DNA from: Marsupella aquatica
Taxonomy: Eukaryota; Plantae; Marchantiophyta
Direction: 5' to 3'
DNA length: 64,000 bases
Assembly (NCBI GenBank): GCA_973895155.1
Contig: OZ316897.1
Location: 23,349,455 to 23,413,454 of the forward strand
Numbering within the stretch: position 1 is the first letter of the stretch; every line of letters starts with the position of its first letter. The notes beneath the pieces were generated by a model, which worked only from the letters and a program-made list of their open reading frames with translations, was not told where the DNA came from and made no database searches. This document shows, piece by piece, positions 24,901 through 37,886 of this stretch. Both the position numbers and the translations under genes were made by a program.

Positions 24901-25827
24901 TCAGGCGGCTCTGGCAAGCGTGCCAGGCATTAGCGGCGGAGTAGGATTAGAGTAGAGTTAGGAATAGCTCAATTAGGCTATAGGGACAAGCAACTGCCCT
25001 AGTTAGCGCAGCACTGCCATGCTGTACAACCTGCGTAGATTAGGATATTTTAATAAGATAAGTCGTTTTCCGGCCTGACAGCCAGCTTAGTTAGGCCCTT
25101 AGCTAGCGAATCTTCGGGCGCAAGGGCACTCCGTTCCTTGGCCCTTAGTATTTAGTGCACCCCTCGGTAGAGGCGGGGGGGATTTTTAGTCTCAGTGTTG
25201 GACATCCGCGGTATGTGCGGGGAGTCCCAACCTCTGGGAGTGAAAGAGTACCAAGGGGAGGGTGTAGGACTAAGCTCGCTGGGCGAGTGCGGAGCCGGGC
25301 TCCGTTGTAGTGTACACCCTTGGCCTTGGACCTGTTCATTCCAGGGCTTTCGGGTCAACTAAGTGTACGCATATGTCTCCTATGTAGTAAAATCCTTTCC
25401 CACTATTTCCTTCGTGTAAATCGAGGTTGTATGCTTGTGCGTATGTATATGTGTGAATCTCGTGTATAGGTGCCAACGCTTGGCCGAACGCACTACCCAA
25501 GTTGTGCACGGGGTGCAGCTTGCGGGTAAGTGGTTGCGAGCCCGGGTTTAGTACCCATACCATCAAATCCGGATCGAAGGCGGACAACACAAAGGCTTAG
25601 AAGCCCGTAAGCCGGGGTCAATCCTGCTATTGACTGAGGTACGTTCCGGCGGTGGAACACAAATCATACCTAGGAGGTGTCCGTATATGACCATAGGCGC
25701 ACTTAGCGCTAGTTTACGTAAGTTAGGTGCATTCCGTGCATCCCTCCCTGCCCGAACCCTCATTTTGACGAAGGATGTGCCTGTCTAAGCCGAAGCCCGG
25801 GTTAAGGCCTAGGCTGACGACGTGACA
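21985..25827 (+). mobile_element. Family B LTR copy B1 (5'-truncated or interrupted), ORF-bearing
   Basis: Colinear with 46620-50500 and ends GACGTGACA. The first about 120 bp of the LTR are absent, no matching TSD is seen, and no PBS follows. Confidence 0.85.
22342..24933 (+). pseudogene. LTR-encoded ORF of family B (B1), several stops/frameshifts
   Basis: Fragments 22411, 22748, 23339, 24115, 24442 and 24733 align to 46972..49607. TATAAAA at 22235-22241 lies upstream. Confidence 0.8.
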
Positions 25828-25950
25828 CAACAACCCGTGAAAAACTATAAATAGGCTCGTTTATTCAAGACTCTTGGTCATTATTTTGAGGAGATTTGTT
25901 AGATTTTACTGATTTTCTGAGTTTCTTGTCAATTTGCACTAGTTTTTCCA

Positions 25951-27965
25951 ATGGCGGCATGTTATGAATCAGATCATTATTCAGATGGAGTTTCTGATGA
26001 TGTTTCATTGCCGGATGGGCCCTGCACAGTGGTTGGCCCAGATATCCCTGGAATAACTACTATTTTAGATATGCCACCCCCACCCCTATGAGCAAGTTAA
26101 AACATACTCCTTTACGACTTGCAATTAGTGGGAAGAAATCATTGGTCGGTGGTAAGGAGAGGTCAGGGAGCTCCTCTGACTCCTTGGAGAGTATCGGTCC
26201 CCATGGACGTCAAGTTGTGTCTCCTTTGTCACCAACAAAGGACAATTTGGGTAGTAATGTGGAAGGTTCAATGTCTATTGGGATGTCTGGGAAACGGTCT
26301 CATGAATTCATGAAGACTAGGTTTGGAAAGACGAAGAAGGCACTAAGTGGGCCAAATGACGGAGATTTTTGCAGTCTCCAAAGTGTTCAGCGGCTGAAGC
26401 AAATGCCAAAAAGTAAAACCTTTGGTAAGCCAACGTCGGAAACATTTCACAGGGGAATGAGGGAAGAAACTAAACGACTAGTGTTATTGAAAAGTATTCC
26501 AAAAAGGAATTCTAATGTGCGTTCCTCATTTTTACCTGGGAGTCATGGTGTTGGGGCAGGGAGCGGATCAAGTCACGGAAACTCAAACAGGGAAACCAAC
26601 CTGGTGGAGAGGGCCCCTAGGAAAATATTGAAAGGGTCCTTACACGGTAATGGAGGGATTTCTGAAATACGCCCAGGTATTCCAAGGCTGCATAGAGTGA
26701 AGGAAGAGCCTCCATCTCCGAAGGCTGCAGGTCTGGAATCTCGGGATGTTCAGAAGAAAATGTTGGTGACCATTTCATCATCGAATGATAGCAAGTCTTT
26801 GGAGAGTGAGGAGGATGATGATGTTCCAGTGGCATCTAGTTGTTACAAACATACGAGCAACGCCACTTTGTGTGAAACAAAGTTGAAAGAGGAGGATATC
26901 AAGAAAACAAATAGTAAGTACTGTTGTCAGAGTCATTGTCTCCTAAGTCTATCTCCAAAAGAAATTCGTGAGGCGCGTTCTAAATGTTTGAGGCAGAAAT
27001 CTCAGGATTGATCTTTATCTTTGCAGTGGCTTATAAAGTGAGACGGAAATGAAGGAGGGAGGCAGACTATATCTTACACGTTTGGTCAAAAGAGTATTTG
27101 TCGGAAAGCTTTCAAGCTTATATTTTGCATTGGCAATCAGAGATTAAATAGAATTTTGAAATTAGACAACCAAGACTTAGGATATTCTAAACCAGTTGGA
27201 CGCCCTCCATCTGTTAAAAGATTAGTCTTGGTCAATTGGCTTAGGTCATTTTTTGAGACACGCGTGGAAACATTGCCAAAGAAAGAAGTTTCACATTTAC
27301 CGGATAATTATTCAAAGCTGGAGGTATGGAAGATCTATGATTCCAACTATGCCAAGATTGATGAATCATCAAAAATATCCTATCGACAATTCTTGAAATT
27401 TTGGGTTCAAGAATTTGGTCATGTGAAGATTCCTCCAGTCAATCAATTCAGTGCTTGCGCAGATTGCGAGGAGTTCAAATCAATTCGGGACAAAGCTGTC
27501 TCGGAGACCAAAAAAAGTAAATTACTTACAAGTTTGACAAGTTTTTTGTTTCAAGAATATGGCTTAGCACATGATTTCTATTTTTTTTAAGAAACTAACA
27601 AGTTGTTTTTCCAAGGCGAGGGGTGATTATGTTACAAAAACATAGAGACCAACAATCCAAAGAACGTGAGAAACTCGCGAAGCATCATAAGAAATGTTTT
27701 TCAAATCCTGATAAATATTTGGGAGTTGTCATTGATGGGATGGATCAGAAGAAGACAAGGCCTCATTGGCCGCATCCCCCAAAATCGGTGGACAAAACAT
27801 TTTGATCCAAATGCACGTTGTCGGATGCCTGGTTTTCAATGGTGCACTATTTTCAAGAGTATTTCTTAATTATCCTGTATTGCATAATGATGGAAACTTG
27901 ACAGTCACAATCCTGCAAAGGGTGTTTCACGAATGGGAAGAAAAGTGTGGTGGCTTGCCGCCTGT
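25951..27965 (+). pseudogene. Sola-like transposase 2, 5' part (decayed)
   Basis: TATAAATA at 25846-25853. Fragments carry YCCQSHC, ICRKAF, FSACADCEEF and VVIDGMDQKK, with several stops/frameshifts. Possible intron about 27517-27615 (GTAAAT, CTAAC branch-like). Cut at TSD CCTGT. Confidence 0.75.
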
Positions 27966-30900
27966 TGTGGTGCGTCCCATGGCTCCCTAAACCCAAGAAA
28001 CCCCCCAGCTCAAGCCGATTCCCGCAGGTTTCGTGCTTGGCGAGGCCGTTTCCGCGGCTTAGCGGCATGGGACGCTGCTAACCTTCTACTACTACTATTA
28101 ACATTTTACACACATATACTGGACAGATCCTTCATCGGGTCATGAGATACGTAGCCGGCCTAATATAGGCCTTCCCCTGTCTTCCCCTGTCTTCCCCTCC
28201 GTCTTGTTAGGTATGTTTGGATTCCGCCGCCGGAATGATCCCCAATAGGCTTGGTTAAGCCGCTAAGACCTCTCTCAGCTCGACACATCCAACTCTCACT
28301 CCCCTGCTTACTTTCCTTCCTTCTGTTGATGTGGGCACTCTTCACACAAGTTAATGCGACACACAAATAGCAAAATGACTCATTCTGACTGAGTCATACC
28401 ATGCACTTGCCATACAAACAGTACATCTCATACACAAGTTCTGCGAACTAAGCCGTGAGGCCAACTCTATTAAGCTCTTAGGCATGAGGAAACATGAATA
28501 TACACAAGGATCACTGTATGACTAACCGAGAGCTTCTCGTACTACTTGATCCCAACCCGGCTGGTGCAAACTAAAAACTTGCTAAAGAAGAGGCCCTGAG
28601 CTCCCCGCTGCCCAGGTACTTATCCTGGTAGTGGATCCGCCATTCTTTGCATCGTAAGCCTAATCTACTTAACAGTAATCTACTTGCCCGAATCTACCTA
28701 TGTACAGCAAGGCAGGAGCACAAGTGTTGCTCCTACCAGTGGGACCGCAATCCCACTAAGCTAAGTGTCAGGGCCGCTCCTGGTTCTGATCCTAATCCTA
28801 AACGTGGAGATCCGCGCCCGCCCTGCCCACTCACGCCTCCTCCCTCCACGTCCGCCCTCCCTAAAAGGAACGGCGCCCTTGCACCGTCACGACACCGGTG
28901 GTGGATCCTTAATGGATGCCCCCAACGCTTCCTCCTCAACCACTACCGTAGGTTCATTCTCTGACAGATTACCTGCCCTTGACTGAGTCAACTCTCCATC
29001 GGCCTGACTGGGTCCACCTTCGGCTTCAGCCTCGACACCGGCCTCGGCAATACCCACGGCTTCGGCCTCAGCCACTCCCACGGCTTCGGCTTCAGCCACT
29101 CCCTTGGCTTCGGCCTCCCCTTCCCCTAGGGTAGTTGGATCCTTAGCCGTGACCCTGTCTGGGGTCGGTGTTGGGTCTACCTCCTTGATCACCACGGCCT
29201 GTGAAGTCGTATTACTCCTTGACCCTGAAGGTTTCCGCTTCTTCTTCGTTGGTGGCTCGGCAGCTGGTCCCTTCCCCTTCCCACTTACTTCCGGCACTGG
29301 TGCAGTTGGCGCGGCTTGTCCTTCGGCAATTACCACCCCTGGTAACTGGTTTGTCCCAACGGGAGATGGACCTGCTGCAGCTAAGCATTTAAATACTGCG
29401 GCTTGTTTCTTCAGCCGCTCTGTTTGGTTGTCGGCCCGCCGCTGTAGGTTCTCCATCTTCCTCGTGATTTCCTCCAACTCCTCTTGGGTTTCATCCAGGT
29501 CCTTACGTGCCCCCTCCAGCTCGTTTTTGGCCTCCTCCTGCTCCCTGTGGGCTTCCTCCAATTCCTTCTTCAAGGTAGCCCTCTCCTCCTGGGTTGCTCT
29601 TAGCTCCTTGTCGAGCTCTGCAATGATGACAGACTCCATCTGGTTCATCTTGGCGTAAGTCTGTTCGAGCATCTCGTCCTTCTCCCTTAGGTCGGCCTTG
29701 AAGTTGGCCGTCAGGGACGCAAGCTCCTGCTGCAGCGCCATAATCCCTTGATAGGATTTCCCTAACTCGACCTCCTTCTGCTCAAGGGCTCCGCGGATTT
29801 TCTTGAGCTCCCCTTTCAAGGCCCATTCCTTTCTTTGGGTCTCCGCCATGGCCCGGCTGTTGGCTGTTATGTGGGCCTCCTCTGTATTCTTCAGCTCTTG
29901 CTTCCACTTCTCCCTCTCTTTGATCGTGTCGGCCAACTCTCCCTGCGTCTGAGTTAGTTTATCCTTGATATTCTGATTATCAGCCTGCGCGGTGTCCAAC
30001 TGCCCCTGCGCTCATGTCGTTTAATCCGCAGTTCATCTTGGGCTTTCTTGGCCGCCCTTAGATCTTCAATCTCGGCTTCCATCCTCCTAAGCCGCTGAAT
30101 GACCTCGTCCTTCTTGCTTCTCTCTAAAGCCACCGCTTCTTCTAATTGGTGCTTCTCCAACTGCTCCCTATGGAAAAAGGATCCTACCTCCAACTCCTCT
30201 CCAAAGATGCCGAGCGCAAGTTCCCCACACATCTCACCATACTCCATGGCTCTATTCTTAGCGTAGGTGGAGTAAGTAGAAGTGATCGGCATCGCCCATC
30301 GTGGCCTCTGCTCCCAAGCCGTCCTGCGGATCTCTTCAATCGTGGCTAGAGGTTTGCTTCCTTTTTCGGCTAGCCGCCTGATGTCCTCCGGCCAATCTCC
30401 TCCTGGTAAATCCTTTTCCTTAGCCAGGGCGGCCTCTTCCTCCTGCTTGATTCGCTCCTGAAATTCCTGCACCGTCTGTTTTATGCCGTCGAAGCTCGGG
30501 GGAGCAACATCTGGTGGGGGAGACTCAGGGCTACTCTGCTGGTTGGGGTCCCCTCGCACTACCCTTGGAAGTGTGGGGACAAACCGGCCACAGGTCCTTA
30601 CTCCTGGAACGTGATGGTCCGACCCATAGCCGGAATTATCATGGCTGCAGTCCTCCACTGCCTCCTCTACCTCTTGGACGTCCGGCTTCTCCCTCTCCTC
30701 TTCGTCGGTAGGAGCTTCAGGCAATTCTGCCTCAGATTCGGAGCTTGAGGTTCCCACGTACATTCGAACACCTGGCTTGGATTCCGGCCTGATTCTCTCC
30801 TTGTCTCTAGCAAAGGGGTTTTCTCTTGTGAGCCGGTGTAGGCCTACCTCTGTAGTAGTGTCCTGCATTGTTGCCGTTGCCGTTGTTGTTGCCGATGCCG

Positions 30901-32615
30901 ATTTCTTTTCTTTCTCCAGTAGTTTCAGCAGACTCTGCATGCCTGGTTGCTGCATCGGCAAGTCTTCCTTCCTGGGCCTAAACACCTGCTCGATCGTAGG
31001 ACTAACAGGTGGTTGAGGCTTCTCAGCCAACGGCCTCGGCGTTGGAGCTTCCTCGGGTGCCCTTACCTGCAGGGGAAGTACCGGGGCAAAAGTCTGACCT
31101 CTGGCATACCGGCACAACAGCGGCATGTGATAGCCCAGCCGCGACACGCTCCCCATGCCGATTACCTGCTGCTCCTCCTTTAAGATCTTCTTCAATTGGT
31201 TGAGGAGGTACCCGTTGTAGTCCCGGCTTGGGTCTGGCCTTTCTGCCAGATAGACCTGTGCCTTGCCGATCTCTGCCCTCGGCAAGTTACAATGCATGGT
31301 CACCCGCAAGAAGTCGATCATCTCTTCTATGTGCGGGTTGGTGCAGGTGTTCCGGAAGAAGCCATTCTTCGTTGATGGCCCGGGGAACGACCGGAACTCC
31401 TTGTCAGGCAAGGTCTTCCTGGTATCAACTTTGGTCTTATTGCCTATCGGCAGGCCAAACACTTCGGCAATTACCTTGGGAGTAAGATAGAAATCCTTCC
31501 CATATATCCTCGTGCAATTGGTCTCGGGTTCCCATGACCCCACGAATTCTAATAGGTCTGACTCCGGTACCTCCGGCTTCAGCCATGGTAATCTTACAAA
31601 GGCCTCCAAGCCGGATCCGGCCATGAAGCCTTGGTACTTCTTGGTCTGCATGGCCGTAAAGCATGCATCCTCCTCCCGTGCAAAATGTAGTTGCACCTCC
31701 ACCGGTAGGGTTGCCGCCCAGCCCTTCCAGGTGTCATCCCTGGTTGGAATGGCCTTGATGGGATCGACCTCCTCCTCTTCGGCTTCTCCCTGCCTCCTGC
31801 TCTGCTGCTCGGCTGGCCTCTTTGGTGCCGCCGACCTCGTTCTTTTTGCCGGGGTGGCTTCATCGTTGACGGCCCCCTTCCTCTTCATCTCTGCTGCCGT
31901 GGAGGTTTCTCCTAGCACCGTTGCCTGGGTCCACCTTTCCGTGCTACCCTTTAATTCCCAGTGTATGTCGTTGCAGTTCTTGATGGCCTCTCGGATGCCG
32001 ACGACGCTGTCTTTGCAAAATAGAAGATCGTCGAGTTGATTGGAAGTAGGCGTCCACAGGAACTCGTCCTTGATGAGTTCGCCTCCTAAGAAAGCCGTCT
32101 TCTGTAGCTCCCACAATCGAGCGAGCTCCTGCCGTTCTCGAGCTGCCCTTTCTGACTCCTCGTCCTCGTAAGTCTTGATGTACTCAGTTGCCCGTTCGAA
32201 CAGGCATCCCCAGAAATGTGCCGCTTGATTGACGTTGCTCATACCCTCCTTAGGTCGATCGTCGGTATCTACTCTCTCCCCGAGTGCTTGCCTAAGCAGC
32301 TGACAGTAGTTGGCCTCCCGTAGTCGTCTGCCTAGTTCGTGCTCGCAAATGAGCCACCATCTCCTGCAAGCGCTCCTTACCCCTCTCCTCTGCCGGTCCT
32401 TCTTCCCGTTGATCCTTCCTAGCCGCCGACGCTTAACGCGCCCTAACCCTAATCGGGTTTTCACCCTCAGCCTTACCTCCGGCCTCTGCCCGGGTTCCAT
32501 GGTTGCCCCTAATTGTTTATATTTTCCTTGTTTTGTCCCTATACTAAGGTGTTCCTAGGGTGCCTTCCTGCTTTACCCACTTAACCGGCCGAGTGATTCC
32601 TGTCTAGGCATCACA
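27966..32615 (-). repeat. A2 3' LTR (4650 bp)
   Basis: TG...CA termini, adjacent to the PPT; near-identical to the other A LTRs. Confidence 0.95.
28887..32500 (-). pseudogene. LTR-encoded ORF (A2 3' LTR), one frameshift
   Basis: ORFs 29954..32500 and 28887..29999 are split by a 10-bp deletion near 30010. Confidence 0.85.
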
Positions 32616-34893
32616 TAGCTCCCCACTTAATTGTGAAGCGGCGAACAACTTCATCTTCGTCCATATAGTATTGAGGCGGTCATAATGGATGCGAACTGGA
32701 TATACCTCTCCCGTAATGTTGGCCAATTGTACGGAGCCATTGGGGAACATCATGGTTACTCTAAAGGGTCCTAACCAGCGAGTGTAAAGCTTTCCTGGAA
32801 ACCTACTATACCTACTGTCATAAAGTAGCACAAGATCACCGGTATGAATACTAACTACTTTTAACCTTTTATCATACTGCTGCTTCATGATATTCTGTCT
32901 ATATTCTACTCTCTCGGCTGAAATCATTCTCGCTTCCTCTAAAGCTTCTAACCTATATTCTCGCTCCTTTAGGCTCTTCTCCGCTGAGGCTCTTTCCTCA
33001 ATTGTAACTTGAAATGTCGGTATCTCAAGTTGCATGGGTACCAGGGCTTCTTGTCCAAAGGTTAAGAAGAAGGGTGTATGACCGGTAGTGGATTTATAGG
33101 CAAGATTGTAAGCAAAAACAGCAGCAAACAATTTATCATCCCAATCGAGTTTGTTCTGAGCTACTGTCTTGTTCAATATCTTTCCTATGATTCCGTTTGC
33201 TCATTCTGTCAACCCGTTTGCCTTTGGATGGTAGGGAGTAGTAGGCCTATGTTTAACTAAATACTGCTCATTTAAACGACTAATTATATCATTCAAAAAA
33301 TGGGTTCCTCTATCACTAACTAATTCTAGGGGTGCTCCATACCTGGTGAAGATCTGCTCATACATGAATCTAGCCGTAGTAATTGCATCATCCTTCGTTG
33401 TTGGTCTGGCCTCTACCCATTTAGTTGCATAATCCGTAGCCAGGATTATGTACTTGTTCCGTCGAGGGTGGGTCAGTGGTTTCAGAGGTCCAATGTAATC
33501 AATACCCCACTTCTCGAATGGTGCCAGAGGTAGAATAGGGTGCAGTGGATGCCTGGTGGACGCCCTTGGTCCTCCCGCTCGTTGACAAGGATCGCATTGT
33601 TTGATAAACTGATAGACATCTTTGTGCAAGGTGGGCCACCAGTAACCGGCATTTAATATCTTCTTAGACGTGGTTACTGGGGCAAAATGTCCTCCGGCCT
33701 CCTCTCCATGCATGGCCCGTAGGACTTGTTTTACCTCTCTCTTTTCCAAACATCTTTGAATCGTGCCGTTGATTCCATGCTTGTGCAGTATGCCTTTAAT
33801 GCACTGATACTGTCTGACCTTCCGCACAAAGACTGCGGCTTGCTCTCGGCTTAATCCTGGCTGTAATCTGGAAGTGTTGAGAAATTGTAAAATCTCAGGG
33901 TACCATGTACCAGCTATTTCCACAACGAATAGCTCCTCGTCGGGGAATCGATCATCGATGCAATCCGTGGCAGGTTTACCTGTGATCCTTGAAAAGAAGT
34001 CGGCATTGGCATGTAACTTTCCCGGCTTGATCCTCAGCTCATAGTCAAACTCCTGTAATAGCAAAATCCATCTTGCTACTCTGCCTGTAAGGTCCGGCTT
34101 ATTGACTAGGTACTTCAAACTTTCATGATCAGTATGAAAGATTACCTTGTACCCTAGTAAATAATGCCTAAACTTTTTACAAGAATAAATGACTCCTAAT
34201 GCTTCTCTTTCCGTGGTAGAGTAGTTCCGTTCGGCATCGGCAAGCTGACGGCTTGCGAAGTATATGGGATGGTCCCTTCCTTTCTCATCCAACTGACTTA
34301 GTACTGAGCCAATACAGAAGCCCGAGACATCTACAAAAACATGAAAATCTTTGTTCCAGTCCGGTGCTATCATGACTGGGGCCTCTACTAACATCTGCTT
34401 CAATTCTACCACCGCTGTGACTCGTTCGGGTGTGGGTTCGAAGTCTGCTCCTGCCTTGAGCATATTGGTTAATGGTAAAGCCAGCTTGGCAAAATCCTTG
34501 ATGAACCGGCGATAGTAACCAATGCATCCCAAGAAGGATCTTACATCCTTTATGTTCTTAGGTTGCATGATATCTAGCCATACTGCTAGCTTACCTTTGT
34601 CAATCTCAATGCCCTTCCTTGATGTCCATAGATTGTCCCCTTACCGGTCTATTCGGTTTTGAATTAGTGGTCGGCTCCCCTTCCTGCCTTGGCTCTGGAT
34701 CGTGTCTGTCCATCTCATCCACTTCTTGCTCCTGAGAGTTAGGCCGCTGTGCTCTCTCGGCTTCTAATAGGGCCTCAATTTGTTCTGCCCTCGTAATCGG
34801 CTTGTATGCCGATCCCTTGGTATTTAATTCCTTGCCGATGATCGATGGCGTTGTGGACCCCGTCGGCTCTGCCACAACGCCTGCAGAAAATCC
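32604..34893 (-). pseudogene. pol: A2 pol remnant (RT thumb/RNase H/integrase)
   Basis: RT core missing (junction about 34612-34623), stop at 33201-33203, two small deletions near 32640 and 32670. Confidence 0.92.
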
Positions 34894-37817
34894 ACTGTCC
34901 CTGCTACTGCTCCCCACTTAGCCGTTTCATCCAATTGGTCTACATCCTTTACTTCCTCCGGAATTGCAGCTAAAAAGGTGGATTCTATTGTAAAGCAGTC
35001 CTCAACCTCTTCGTCTTCTTCTTCCAAGTCACCTTCCATTGGTTCTTGCCATAATCCGCTGGGGGGTACCTCTGGTCCAAAGACACCTTCTTCGGTTAGG
35101 TTAGTGAGGCATTCTAACCAACGTACTTCATCGGCTGACTCCAGTCCACTATCGTACCCATCTACTTCCCTTATGCTTTTCCTACGGTCATCCTTAGTGT
35201 CCCAGGATACCGTGATAGAGGGGGTCCCGAAAGTGAACTGCTTTTTACCCCAATCTTCTATTACCTCGGCTAGGTACAGCCATGGCCTACCAATCAATAG
35301 CCGGAATGACGTAGGATTTACCGGCTTCATTACTACATAGTTAATGCTAAAGAAGATACCTCCTATCTCTGTCTTGATGCCGGTTAACACTCCCGTCGGA
35401 ATGACCTGATATCCATTGGCCATGTTCAACACTCTTCCAGTCATCTCCGGTGTTAGACCCCACCCTTTTGCTGTTGAATCAATCATAATACATACCCCTG
35501 ATCCTCCATCGATGGGTACCCGTAGTAATAATTCTCCTTGAATCATTAATGGTAATGCTAGGGCTCCTTGATCTTCTTCTATCATTAGTACGTCGGATCT
35601 GGTTGCTACCTTGGGTAATCTCGGCTTGCCGAGAATAGCCTTCCTTAATTGCTTCCGGAAGTACGGGCTATTTTTCAATAGTTGACCTACTGTTGCCGAG
35701 ACTCTAGATTCTAGTACATCTTTAGCCAGGTCATAGGGAACAATCGGCTTCTCTTCTGGTGGTGTTTCCGTCTTGGATTCGGCCAGTTTTGCCACGCTAG
35801 TCTCCACAGCTGTTGGGTCTTCCGAAGCAAACAATGCTTTTGCTCGTTTTACATCCTTGGCAATGGCTTCGGTATTCTCCAGGGTTTCTAATTCTCTTAG
35901 TTGTTCCTTAACACTAGTCGTAACAGAGGGGTAGAACAACTTAGGATGATCTCGATTGAAGTCGCTATCTTGTGAAGGATTGGTTTCACTGGTGGGCTCA
36001 TGGCTTACCTGTATTGCCGGAGCCCTCCCTTCTCCTTCTGTTGATGTTGACGAAGAGTCGATCCTTTCCTCCGTAACCTTCCCTTTATTTTTGGCCAGCC
36101 CATCCCACCTTTCCTTCCTTCTGGTAGATCGAGTAGAGACCCGGTAGCAATCATGATCTAAATCCTCCTCTGAGAAGGTTGATAGGGCTTCGGCCTCATC
36201 ATCAGATGGTACGAACTCTGCCTCGGCATCCTCTTGCCATCCTAGTTCGATGTGGTTGATTTGAACTCCTCCGGGGGTAGTACCTGGCGGTAAGATCTTG
36301 ATCGGCAAAAGCTTATGATTTGCGGCCAGGCCTGCCAACCAAGTAGGACATTGCCCTAGCATATGACCTTCCTGTCGGCATCCCATACATAGCTGAGCTG
36401 GTTGTCCATCACCCTGTTTGCGTGCATTCGGGCATTCTCTAGCAAAATGGCCAGGTTGACCACAATTATAGCACGCCACAAATCTTTGCACATTCGGCCT
36501 AGGAGGTACTGACGGGTTCTGAATAATCCAAGGATACATCTCTCCTGGATTGTTCCTTAACCCTGACCACAGAGATGCAGGTCTGTTGGATAGGTCTCGT
36601 GCTCCAGTCTCACTGATGCCGAAAACACTATCAGCGGCATCTCCTAAAAAGTACTCTACTTCTCCCTGACATGGTCTGATCTCGGCCACATGCCGAACAT
36701 GATTAGTATTAAGCTTAGGACACGCATCTTTATGGTGTCCGGTTTTATAACATAAGGCACACCATACAGAGCTATCCTCCTGTACTACCTTCTTCTTTGG
36801 TTTTACCTCTGCAATGATAGCCTTAAGTTGCTCGGTAAGGGCTACGATGTTATCTGGTGGCTTAGCCTCCATCTTGACTTTCGTCTTCCCTCTCCTTCTG
36901 CCCTTCCTTTTCCTAGTTTTTTCTTCTTCAGAACTAGAAGATGACTCACTCTTGCTACTCCCACTATCCGAGCTTGACTTATCACTTCTAGACTTCTTGG
37001 AATGTTTCTTCTTCTTATCTTTTTTCTTATGGGGTGATCCCTCCTCTGATGAGGAACTCTCAGACTTAAGCTGTTTCTTCCGGCTTGTGATATCTGCATT
37101 AATGTATAATTGAATATCCTTAATTGCTTCGGCTAAAGTCTCCGGGTTCTCCTTCCTAATTGCAAAACTCATCTTCTGTGGCAAAGCATTCACCAACCAT
37201 TGAAGTTGCATACCTTCAGATGCATTGGTCTTTGTACGTCTTACCAGTTTCTGAAAGCGTTGCAAGAACTTCCTGAAGGATTTGTTCTCCTTGAACCGAA
37301 GTTGTCCCAACTTCAGCACTGCTAGTTCTGAAGTTCCAATGGGTCAAAACTCCTTAACAAAGAGTGTTTTGAAGATATCCCAGATGGCTTGATCTTCCAC
37401 ATCTAATGCTCTGTACCAAGGCCTAGCCTCACCCTTGAACAGGCCGGGAAGAATCTGCATCTTGATGGCCGATTCTCCATTTGCTGCAGCGGTTCCCTCG
37501 AAATCATCCAACCATTCGTCCGGATCCTCATCTCCTCTCCCATGAAATGCCTTGTAATGTATGCGCGACCGCTGGCTCAATCTGGTCCCTGGCCTCTCGT
37601 CTGGCCGTGCCTCTGGTTCCCCCATGTCGGTTGGAGACTCACTTCTCCTTACCGACTCTTCTTCTGGTATGTCTTCTTCGACGCCACTTCCAGTTTCGGA
37701 GCTACCAGCTCTTTCTGCCCCTCTCAGTCGCTGTGTATCATGCCACCCGGCGAGCTGCTGCAGTCGAGCTCTCTCCCGTTGAATCACTCTTTCTTCCCTC
37801 GACGTAAGGTCAGTCAT
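34824..37817 (-). pseudogene. gag: A2 gag-protease, premature TGA at 37344-37346
   Basis: Same motifs as A1; 157-aa and 831-aa in-frame ORFs. Confidence 0.93.
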
Positions 37818-37886
37818 TACCTACGCTTCCGTTCTAACTTCATATCTCACGGCTTAAGAAATGCCCCCTCCATCTAGCGCCAAAAA

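Noticed and set aside
27946-27952. TGTGGTG in the target just before A2, matching the LTR terminus (homology-directed insertion)
   Set aside because: It is 20 bp from the junction, a clean 5-bp TSD is present, and other insertion sites lack it.
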